Part shown: positions 19,567 to 27,444 of the stretch, piece after piece
Position numbering within the stretch: position 1 is the stretch's first letter
Layout: every line of letters begins with the position of its first letter
Source of the DNA: Patescibacteria group bacterium
GTDB lineage: Bacteria; Patescibacteriota; Minisyncoccia; UBA6257; UBA9933
Length of the DNA stretch: 64,000 bases
Assembly (NCBI GenBank): GCA_038078555.1
Contig: JBBTYQ010000001.1
Coordinates: 156,158-220,157, forward strand
Direction: 5' to 3'
Notes under the pieces: generated by a model
What the model saw: the letters and a program-made list of their open reading frames with translations, nothing else
Databases searched by the model: none
What the model was told of the DNA's origin: nothing
Position numbers and translations under genes: made by a program

Positions 19567-21231
19567 ATGATAGAAGAAAGAAAAGAAAGAATTTTATTCA
19601 TAGTTCCGCCTTATTTGAGCTATGACAATTTTATGAATCCGGCTTTTAACGAGCGTACAGTGGTGAAGAAATCGGGCAGTTATGGAAGCGTGGTTACTGA
19701 TATGCCCATCGGCTTGATGTCCTTAAGTGCTTATCTGAAAAAACATTCCGAGACGGAAATAAAATTGATAGATTTTAATGTAATTTTGAATCAGATTGAA
19801 TCTTTTAAATACCACTCCTTTTTGGATTTTTTTGAAGATATCCTTACATTTAAGTTTAAGGATCTTGTTGATTACAAACCAACCATCGTAGCAATATCTA
19901 CTTTGTTTACGCCGTCTTATTACAATATGTTAATTGCTGCTTTTGCGGCGAAGAATATATTTGCCGATGCTTTGATAATCGCCGGCGGCGGTGTGCCAAC
20001 TAATATGTACAAGGAGATATTCAATGATACTGATTGTATTGACGCGCTTTGTTTTGGAGAAGCGGAAAAACCTTTGTTAGGGCTCGTGAAAGCAGATGAT
20101 AAAAACGAGTTTTTCAAAAATAATCCGTCATGGATTACAAAAGAAAAAGTTGAAAAACATCAGCTGTTTAAATACGACTTTATAGAGGACCTTGATGAAA
20201 TACCATTCTATGATTACAGCATTCTTGATCTATCTGGATATGGTTTGAGCCCGACCATAAGCTCGTATGCCTCTTTTGAAAAAAAGAGCATAATCTTCCA
20301 TGTTTCCACATCAAGAGGCTGTCCCTTTCGTTGTTGTTATTGCGCTTCTCATACTGTTCACGGCAGAAAGATGCGTTATCACAGTGTAGCTCGGATAAAA
20401 GAAGATTTAATGCGTCTTAAAGAACAGTACGGCGCAAATAGAATCGGTTTTCAGGATGACCAGTTTATGGCGGATAAAAAAAGAGCGCTTGAAATTATCA
20501 ACATCGCCAAGGAATTAAAAATGGAAATTTTCTTCCAAAGCGGACTGGCTCTTTATGCTTTAGACAGGAAAATGTTGGAAACCATTAAAGAGGCCGGACT
20601 TAGCCAGCTTGTTTTAGCCATAGAATCGGGCAGTAACAGGGTTTTGAAAGAAGTAATGCACAAACCGCTTAACTTATCCATAATAAAGCGGGTAATTGCC
20701 GATTGCCGGGAATTGGGATTAGATACAGACGCCAATATTCTTATTGGCCTTCCGGGAGAAACAAAGCAGGACATTGAGGATACACGGACGTTCTTGAAGA
20801 CACTAGATGCAACATGGTTCAGAATTTATATCGCAACTCCTCTTATTGGAAGCGAAATGTTCGATATTTGCCTTAAGAAAAATTATCTGAAAGGCAGCCA
20901 TATCGGCAGCGATTTCAAAAGAGCAGTTGTTGAAACGGAAGATTTCAATTCAGACTACATTCAAGAAAAAGCTTATGCTTTAAATCTTGAGCTTAATTTC
21001 GTGGGAAACAGCGATTTCCGATTGAAAAACTATGAAAAAGCTTTGCAAGGTTTTGAGAATACGATAAGAGTAAAAAGCGACCATGCTTTTGCGTATTACT
21101 ACGCCGCAAAGTGTTATGATATGCTTGGTGATACAGAAAAAGCGCAACGTTATATGAATACCGCAAAGCAGATTGTGAAAGAATATCCATTTTGGCGCAA
21201 TTACGCTAATATGTTTCGTGTCCCAATTTAG
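19567..21231 (+). CDS. B12-binding-domain (class B) radical SAM enzyme with C-terminal TPR-like tail
   Basis: The N-terminal roughly 200 aa have the layout of a cobalamin-binding domain. CPFRCCYC (CX3CX2C) lies at about aa 252. The C-terminal AFAYYYAAKCYDMLGDTEKAQRYM is TPR-like. Confidence 0.75.
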   Translation: MIEERKERILFIVPPYLSYDNFMNPAFNERTVVKKSGSYGSVVTDMPIGLMSLSAYLKKHSETEIKLIDFNVILNQIESFKYHSFLDFFEDILTFKFKDLVDYKPTIVAISTLFTPSYYNMLIAAFAAKNIFADALIIAGGGVPTNMYKEIFNDTDCIDALCFGEAEKPLLGLVKADDKNEFFKNNPSWITKEKVEKHQLFKYDFIEDLDEIPFYDYSILDLSGYGLSPTISSYASFEKKSIIFHVSTSRGCPFRCCYCASHTVHGRKMRYHSVARIKEDLMRLKEQYGANRIGFQDDQFMADKKRALEIINIAKELKMEIFFQSGLALYALDRKMLETIKEAGLSQLVLAIESGSNRVLKEVMHKPLNLSIIKRVIADCRELGLDTDANILIGLPGETKQDIEDTRTFLKTLDATWFRIYIATPLIGSEMFDICLKKNYLKGSHIGSDFKRAVVETEDFNSDYIQEKAYALNLELNFVGNSDFRLKNYEKALQGFENTIRVKSDHAFAYYYAAKCYDMLGDTEKAQRYMNTAKQIVKEYPFWRNYANMFRVPI

Positions 21232-21256
21232 TTATAAGGGACGATTATAGATTATA

Positions 21257-21284
21257 GGAGGGGATTTACGTCCCTCCTTTTTAA
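21257..21284 (+). terminator. intrinsic terminator
   Basis: GGAGGGGA-tttacg-TCCCTCC followed by a T-run. Confidence 0.8.
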
Positions 21285-21372
21285 TTGACTTTATTAATAA
21301 AAATTATTATAAGTATAGCAGAACACAAAAGCGCATAAATGCGCTAAAAACAATAAATAAGGAGAAAGTAAG
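21285..21372 (+). promoter_or_regulatory. promoter + conserved leader, module copy 5
   Basis: TTGACT (21285-21290), 17-bp spacer, then TATAAG (21308-21313). Next come AGAACACAAAAGCG, the perfect palindrome AGCGCATAAATGCGCT (21330-21345), the AGGAG SD and ATG at 21373. It is nearly identical to copy 4 over about 60 nt. Confidence 0.75.
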
Positions 21373-22467
21373 ATGAATGATATTAGCAAAACGGTAATAT
21401 CGGGAATAACACAAAGCGAATCAGAAAAAAGAGATAAACTAAAGAAAGAAAAGCCGCGCGTTTACGAGAAAATTTTAAGATACAAGGAGAAAGTGGCCAG
21501 AGGAGAAGCCATTCCCATAATTCAGTTTCAATACCGGTATCCGTGCAACTACACCTGCGAGCACTGTTCCATTAAAAGATTTCAAACCACGAAAAAAGAG
21601 GAAACTGAAGACACAAGACGGGTTTTCACCATTCCGGACGTAAAGGAGCTTTTTCGCCAAGCTGATGAAATGGGTCTTGCCAATATGACAATCACCGGCG
21701 GCGAGCCCTTGCTTTTTCCGGACTTTGACGAGCTTGTTGGAGCAATAGGTCCGGACAGGTTTTACATTGCCTGCGATACCAACGGCTGGTTGCTTAGTAA
21801 GGACTGGGCAAAACGCTTGAAGGCCCTTGGCGTTGATAAAGTTCAGCCAAGTCTTGATAGCTTTTACGAGCATGAGCACGACGAGTTCCGCCAAAAAAAA
21901 GGGTCTTACAAAAGAGTGATGGATGCGATTAATTTTTGCCTTGAAGAAGGGCTAAGCGTCATGTTGCAGACCGTGCTCACAAAACATCGGGCTAGTTCCA
22001 AGGAATTTCTGGAACTATTGGAATTTGCCAAATCCAAAGGCGTTGGCGTTTACGTATGTTATGCTAAGCCGGTTGGAGCTTATGAAGGAAATATGGATTG
22101 CTTAATTACCCAAGAAGATGCCGACCGAGTGCGGGAGCTTGAAAAAGAGTATAACGTTTTTACTCATATGACTCCTTCATACGGCCTTAATCTCGGCTGC
22201 ATTACGGTCAAGCGCATGGTGTCTGTTACCAGATACGGCGATGTTATGCCTTGCCCGTATATTCATGTATCGCTCGGCAATTTCTTTAGCGAGCCATTAA
22301 AAGACATTATCGAGCGGGGCATGCAAATTAAGTGGTTTGGAGAATATCACCCCGAATGCATCTTGGGCGAAAATATGGATTTCATCAAGCTTATCACCGA
22401 TAAGATTAAGGGAAAGCCGCTTCCGATACCTTATACGGAAGTGTTTAAGGAAGAAGATTTTATGTAA
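21373..22467 (+). CDS. radical SAM enzyme
   Basis: CNYTCEHC (CX3CX2C) at about aa 58-65. GGEPLL glycine-rich SAM motif. Confidence 0.8.
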   Translation: MNDISKTVISGITQSESEKRDKLKKEKPRVYEKILRYKEKVARGEAIPIIQFQYRYPCNYTCEHCSIKRFQTTKKEETEDTRRVFTIPDVKELFRQADEMGLANMTITGGEPLLFPDFDELVGAIGPDRFYIACDTNGWLLSKDWAKRLKALGVDKVQPSLDSFYEHEHDEFRQKKGSYKRVMDAINFCLEEGLSVMLQTVLTKHRASSKEFLELLEFAKSKGVGVYVCYAKPVGAYEGNMDCLITQEDADRVRELEKEYNVFTHMTPSYGLNLGCITVKRMVSVTRYGDVMPCPYIHVSLGNFFSEPLKDIIERGMQIKWFGEYHPECILGENMDFIKLITDKIKGKPLPIPYTEVFKEEDFM

Positions 22468-22490
22468 TAAAATGTTCGTTTAAATAAACC

Positions 22491-22518
22491 AAAAGCCTCG
22501 CTCTACGGGGCTTTTTTA
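22491..22518 (+). terminator. intrinsic terminator
   Basis: AGCCTCG-ctcta-CGGGGCT followed by a T-run. Confidence 0.8.
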
Positions 22519-22583
22519 TTTTAAAAAATAAAGTATACGAAAACTTGTAAAAATAAGAAAATAATTTATAATAGTCAGAAGTT

Positions 22584-23771
22584 ATGCGAATACCTTATGC
22601 TTTGGCCGTTTACGGCAAAAATGAAATAAAAGCGGTTAATGATGTTTTAAAAGAACACCGAAAGTTCGCTTCATGGACAAAAACCAGAGAATTTGAGAAA
22701 AAAATAGCGAAACTTTTCGGTAAAAAATACGGAATAATGGTTAATTCCGGCTCTTCGGCTAATTTATTAGCTTTTGAGCTATTAGATTTGCCAAAAGGTT
22801 CGGAAGTGATTACTCCGGTTTTAACTTTTTCCACAACCATTTCGCCTATTCTTAAAAAAGGATTAGTGCCTGTTTTTGTAGATGTGGAAAAGGGCTCATA
22901 TTTGATAGATGAGGACAAAATCGAAAAACTTATTACTCCCAAGACAAAAGCTTTGATGATTCCGTCTTTAATCGGAAATATTCCGAATTTAAAACAATTG
23001 CGCAAAATAGCTGACAAATACAAACTCTATTTAATAGAAGATTCTTGCGATACTTTGGGCGCGAAGTTTGATCGCCGGCCAACTGGAAAATATTCGGATA
23101 TATCGACAACCAGTTTTTACGGGTCTCATATCATAACTGCGGCTGGCGGCGGCGGAATGATTTGTGTTAATAGGCCGGAGTGGCATAAACGAGCTCTTGT
23201 TTTGCGCGGCTGGGGGAGGTCTTCGGCATTATTTTCGGAATCTGAAGATTTAAATAAGCGATTCAGTGAAAAAATTAACGGCATTCCGTATGATGGAAAA
23301 TTTATTTTTGGCGAAGCGGGTTATAATTTCCAGCCAATTGAGATTCAAGCCGCTTTTGGCCTTGAGCAATTAAAGCGCCTTAAAACATTTTCTGCTACTC
23401 GAGCGAGAAGCTTCAAAGCGTTGAATAAGTTTTTTGAGAAATACGATAAATATTTTATTTTACCAAAATCCACAAAAGGCGCAGATACAAATTGGCTTGC
23501 TTTTCCTCTTACAATAAAAGAAAATGCTCCATTTTCCCGCATGGAGATTGTTAAATATTTAGAAAAAAATGACATTCAAACACGGCCGATTTTTACCGGC
23601 AATATCTTAAGACAGCCCGGATTTAAAAAAATTGCCAAAACTCAAAATAAATATCCAGTAGCCGATTATGTTATGGCTAATTCTTTTTTAATAGGCTGTC
23701 ATCATGGTATGGAGAAAAAACATATCCAATATCTTAAAGAAAAATTTAATTCTTTTTTGGATAAAAAATAA
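22584..23771 (+). CDS. DegT/DnrJ/EryC1-family enzyme of the His-for-Lys type (nucleotide-sugar 4-keto-6-deoxyhexose 3-dehydratase, ColD/E1-like)
   Basis: VNSGSSANLLAF and SFYGSHIITAAGGGG are present. The position of the Schiff-base Lys of aminotransferases (SFHxxK..T.GEGG) is occupied by His, as in E1/ColD. No C-terminal Cys cluster is seen. Confidence 0.65.
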   Translation: MRIPYALAVYGKNEIKAVNDVLKEHRKFASWTKTREFEKKIAKLFGKKYGIMVNSGSSANLLAFELLDLPKGSEVITPVLTFSTTISPILKKGLVPVFVDVEKGSYLIDEDKIEKLITPKTKALMIPSLIGNIPNLKQLRKIADKYKLYLIEDSCDTLGAKFDRRPTGKYSDISTTSFYGSHIITAAGGGGMICVNRPEWHKRALVLRGWGRSSALFSESEDLNKRFSEKINGIPYDGKFIFGEAGYNFQPIEIQAAFGLEQLKRLKTFSATRARSFKALNKFFEKYDKYFILPKSTKGADTNWLAFPLTIKENAPFSRMEIVKYLEKNDIQTRPIFTGNILRQPGFKKIAKTQNKYPVADYVMANSFLIGCHHGMEKKHIQYLKEKFNSFLDKK

Positions 23772-23954
23772 TCTGTTTTATAAGATACTGATGATTAGAG
23801 GCGATTATATCGACAGAATGAATTAAAATTAATTGAAGTACTATGTCTTCCAGTCTCAAAATTATATTAAGCGCCCAGCATTAATATAATTAATTTTAGA
23901 AAACAAAAAAGGTTTTTTAATTATCTTGCTGAAAAAATAATAGCGACTAATACC

Positions 23955-25412
23955 ATGCTTTTAAGAATTAAAAATTTAATTTTTGAAAATACAACCGTTC
24001 GCCAAGCAGTCGCGAAAAATGCTTTCTGGCTTAGCATTGGCCGGTTCGGCAGCCAATTTATTAAGGCGGCGATTACTATTTACGCTGCAAGAATTTTAGG
24101 GACTTCAGAATACGGAATTCTATCCTATGTTTTAGGTTTTGTCGGATTTTTCACGATTTTTGCCGATGTCGGCATGAGCTCCATATTAACAAGAGAAATC
24201 TCTCAAAAACCGAAAGAAGAAGATCGTTATTTTTCCACTTTATTTAGAATTAAGATCGGACTTCTTTTATTTACAACTTTTCTTCTTATTTTTGTCGCCC
24301 CTTATTTTGCGAAAATAAAAGACGTGGCCGTAATAATCCCGTTTATTGCCTTATTGGTGTCTTTTGACGGTTTAAGAGATTTTATAGTCGCTTATTTCAG
24401 GGGAAAAGAAAAAATGGAATTAGAGGCGATTACTATGATTGGCATAAGCATAGCAACAGTCGTTTTTGGATTTGCGGCTTTATATATTTCTCCTACTTAT
24501 CAAGCGCTTATTATTGCCTACATTTTAAGTTCAGCTTGCGGATTTTTAATAGCCGTCTTTTTTTTAAAAAAAGGGTTAAAAAAAATTATAGGCAATTTTT
24601 CAAGAGATATTCTTCCGTATGTGGCAAAATCGGCTTGGCCCATAGCCGCAGGAGGTATTGTTAGCGCCTTTATGGTTAACGTTGACATAATCATGCTGGG
24701 CTGGTGGCGGACATCTTCTGAAGTAGGCCTTTATTCAGCCGCTCAGAAAATTGTCGGACTGGTATATATAGCGCCCGGTTTAATCAGTTCGGCTGTTTTT
24801 CCGCTTTATTCCCGTCTTGTTCATGAAAATGAAACGGAAAAATTAAAATTACTTACATCAAAAGTAGTCGTTTTTCTTTTTTTAATTACTATCCCGATTG
24901 TTATAGGAAGTATTATTGTGGGTAAAGATATTATAAGTTTTATTTTCGGCGATGAATACGCTTCGGCCAATATTGCTTTTGCCGTTCTTATGAGTTCAAT
25001 TCTCGTTATTTATCCGTTTACTATTTTAAATGTTTTCGTTTTTGCTCATGACAAGCATAAGAGTTTGTTTATTTATAATATTATCGCTTCTTTGAGCAAT
25101 GTAGCGTTAAATGTCTTGCTTATACCGTATTATGGCATGATTGGAGCTGCAGTCGCGACAGTGCTTTCTAATTCATTATATACTTTATTTGTCTGGAGAT
25201 TTGCCAAGAAATTAAATTATTTTACAGTTTTACCTTGGCTTTTTAAAATCATAATCGCCGCTTTAATAATGGGAATTTCGACATTTTTTATTGCAAAACT
25301 GGGAGTCAATGTAATTATCAATATAATTAGCTCTGGCGTAATATATTTTGCATCACTTTATTTGTTAAAAGAAGAGATGGTAAAAGAAATAAAATTATTT
25401 TTTCCGCGATAA
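23955..25412 (+). CDS. polysaccharide flippase (Wzx / MOP superfamily)
   Basis: 485 aa, multi-TM throughout, with the typical Wzx N-terminus. It is a paralogue of 30465..31922. Confidence 0.8.
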   Translation: MLLRIKNLIFENTTVRQAVAKNAFWLSIGRFGSQFIKAAITIYAARILGTSEYGILSYVLGFVGFFTIFADVGMSSILTREISQKPKEEDRYFSTLFRIKIGLLLFTTFLLIFVAPYFAKIKDVAVIIPFIALLVSFDGLRDFIVAYFRGKEKMELEAITMIGISIATVVFGFAALYISPTYQALIIAYILSSACGFLIAVFFLKKGLKKIIGNFSRDILPYVAKSAWPIAAGGIVSAFMVNVDIIMLGWWRTSSEVGLYSAAQKIVGLVYIAPGLISSAVFPLYSRLVHENETEKLKLLTSKVVVFLFLITIPIVIGSIIVGKDIISFIFGDEYASANIAFAVLMSSILVIYPFTILNVFVFAHDKHKSLFIYNIIASLSNVALNVLLIPYYGMIGAAVATVLSNSLYTLFVWRFAKKLNYFTVLPWLFKIIIAALIMGISTFFIAKLGVNVIINIISSGVIYFASLYLLKEEMVKEIKLFFPR

Positions 25413-25414
25413 AC

Positions 25415-26596
25415 ATGAAAATTCTCCATATTGTTCCGACTTATCTTCCGGCTTATCGCTACGGCGGACCCATAAAAACCGTCCATGAGCTGAATAAACG
25501 GCTGGTAAAAAATGGGGCGGAGGTTATTGTTTATACGACAAATATTGACGGCAAAGGAGTTTTGGATGTCCCTCTAGGAAAAGAAGTTATTATAGACGGC
25601 GTAAAAGTTTATTATTTTCCTATAACTTTTCGGCTTTGGCAATATTCGTATTTATTACATCGCATTTTGGCGAAGAACGTTAAAAATTTTGATTTAATTC
25701 ACATTACTTCTGTTTTCCTTTCGGCTTCAACTTTAGGCGCTTATTACGCTAAAAAATTCAACAAACCTTATATTATTTCTCCAAGAGGCAGTTTAATGAG
25801 AGAACCGCTTAAAAGAAAAAGCAGTTTTTTAAAGAGAGTTTATATTTATTTGATTGAAAAGAAAAATTTAGCTGGCGCGGCAGCGATTCATTTTACGGTT
25901 GAAATTGAAAAGGATGAATATTTAAAAAATAATTTTCCTTTTAAAAAAGCAATAATTATTCCAAATGGGCTTGATGCTGAAGAATTTGAAGAGAAAAGAA
26001 TTCCTTTGGGTTTTTTCAGAGAAAAATTCAATATTCCTTTTGATAAGAAAAATGTTCTTTTTTTAGGACGCTTAAGCTGGAAGAAAGGATTTGATACTTT
26101 AATTCCGGCTTTTAGTAAAGTCATCGAAAAAGAGCCGAAAACTATTTTGACTATTGCCGGCGGGGACGATGAAAATTATAAAAAAGAAATTGAAAAACTT
26201 ATAAAAAAATACAATATTAAAAATCAGGTTATTTTCACCGGAATGCTTTTGGGAGACGATAAAATTTCGGCGTATCAGGACAGCAATGTTTTCGTTTTGC
26301 CGTCTTACGCGGAAAATTTCGGTCAGGCAGTTGTTGAATCAATGGCTTGCGGTTTGGCGGTTGTTGTTACTAAAAATGTCGGCATCGCGCCAAATATTGA
26401 AAAAGCGGCTGCCGGTTTAGTAATCGAAAAAGGCGAAAAACAATTGACTGAAGCGATTTTAAAAATTTTAAGCAATCCTGAATTGGCCAAAAAAATTGGC
26501 GAAACCGCCAGGCAATTAGTTAAGATCGAATTTTCCTGGCCTAAAATTGCCAATAAATTTATAAAAGAATATAATAACTTAATAATTAAATCATGA
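25415..26596 (+). CDS. glycosyltransferase, GT-B fold (GT4-like)
   Basis: VLPSYAENFGQAVVESMACGLAVVVT signature. Confidence 0.8.
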   Translation: MKILHIVPTYLPAYRYGGPIKTVHELNKRLVKNGAEVIVYTTNIDGKGVLDVPLGKEVIIDGVKVYYFPITFRLWQYSYLLHRILAKNVKNFDLIHITSVFLSASTLGAYYAKKFNKPYIISPRGSLMREPLKRKSSFLKRVYIYLIEKKNLAGAAAIHFTVEIEKDEYLKNNFPFKKAIIIPNGLDAEEFEEKRIPLGFFREKFNIPFDKKNVLFLGRLSWKKGFDTLIPAFSKVIEKEPKTILTIAGGDDENYKKEIEKLIKKYNIKNQVIFTGMLLGDDKISAYQDSNVFVLPSYAENFGQAVVESMACGLAVVVTKNVGIAPNIEKAAAGLVIEKGEKQLTEAILKILSNPELAKKIGETARQLVKIEFSWPKIANKFIKEYNNLIIKS

Positions 26597-27444
26597 AACT
26601 TCCTCTTAGTGTTATTATTTTAACTTATAACGAAGAATTAAATATTGAAAATTGTCTTAAAAATATCGTCAATTGGGCAGAGGAGATTTTTATCGTTGAT
26701 TCTTATTCTGCGGATAAAACTTTAAAAATTGCGAAAAAATACGAAGCAAAAATTATTCAGCACTCTTTTGAAAATCAGGCGCAACAATTTAATTGGGCCT
26801 TGGATAATTTGGAAATTAAGAACGATTGGATTTTGCGGTTAGACGCGGATGAATATCTGACCGAAGAGCTAAAAAACGAAATAATCGGAAAACTTAAAAA
26901 CACAGCAGACGACATAAGCGGTTTTTATATTAAAAGAAGAGTTTATTTTATGGGCCGTTGGATTCGCCACGGCGGTTATTATCCAATATGGCTTTTGCGG
27001 TTATTTAGAAAAAATAAAGCCAAGTCGGAATTACGAGCAATGGATGAGCATATTGTTTTATTGAACGGCAAAGGGGAAAAATTAAAAAATGACTTTATTG
27101 ATGATAATAAAAAAGATTTAACCTGGTGGATTGAGAAACATAATAATTATGCTTCGCGCGAGGCAGGTGAAGTAATGAATTATGAATCAGGAATCATGAA
27201 TTATGGAGGAAAAATAGAAGGCCAAGTAGCGCGAAAACGATGGTTAAAAGAAAAATTCTATTATCGCTTGCCTATTTTTTTCAGAGCTTTCTTTTATTTT
27301 ATTTATCGTTATATTATTCGTTTTGGATTTCTTGACGGCGCAAAAGGATTGATATTTCACTTTTTGCAAGGATTTTGGTATCGTTTTCTAGTTGACTCAA
27401 AAATTTATGAAGCAGAAAAAAGACAATTATATTCTGGGGATTAA
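26593..27444 (+). CDS. glycosyltransferase family 2
   Basis: LSVIILTYNEELNIENCL...VDSYSADKT...LDADE. Confidence 0.8.
   Translation: MKLPLSVIILTYNEELNIENCLKNIVNWAEEIFIVDSYSADKTLKIAKKYEAKIIQHSFENQAQQFNWALDNLEIKNDWILRLDADEYLTEELKNEIIGKLKNTADDISGFYIKRRVYFMGRWIRHGGYYPIWLLRLFRKNKAKSELRAMDEHIVLLNGKGEKLKNDFIDDNKKDLTWWIEKHNNYASREAGEVMNYESGIMNYGGKIEGQVARKRWLKEKFYYRLPIFFRAFFYFIYRYIIRFGFLDGAKGLIFHFLQGFWYRFLVDSKIYEAEKRQLYSGD

Noticed and set aside
21475-21894. Long antisense or alternative-frame ORFs in the track. Examples: 1042-1290(-), 3839-4228(-), 7546-7821(+), 9774-10040(-), 21475-21894(-), 22610-23023(-), 41442-41744(-), 50597-50947(+), 53089-53424(+), 57409-57669(-).
   Set aside because: Each lies fully inside, or opposite to, a gene with clear family motifs. 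They have low-complexity or odd composition and no SD or promoter of their own.
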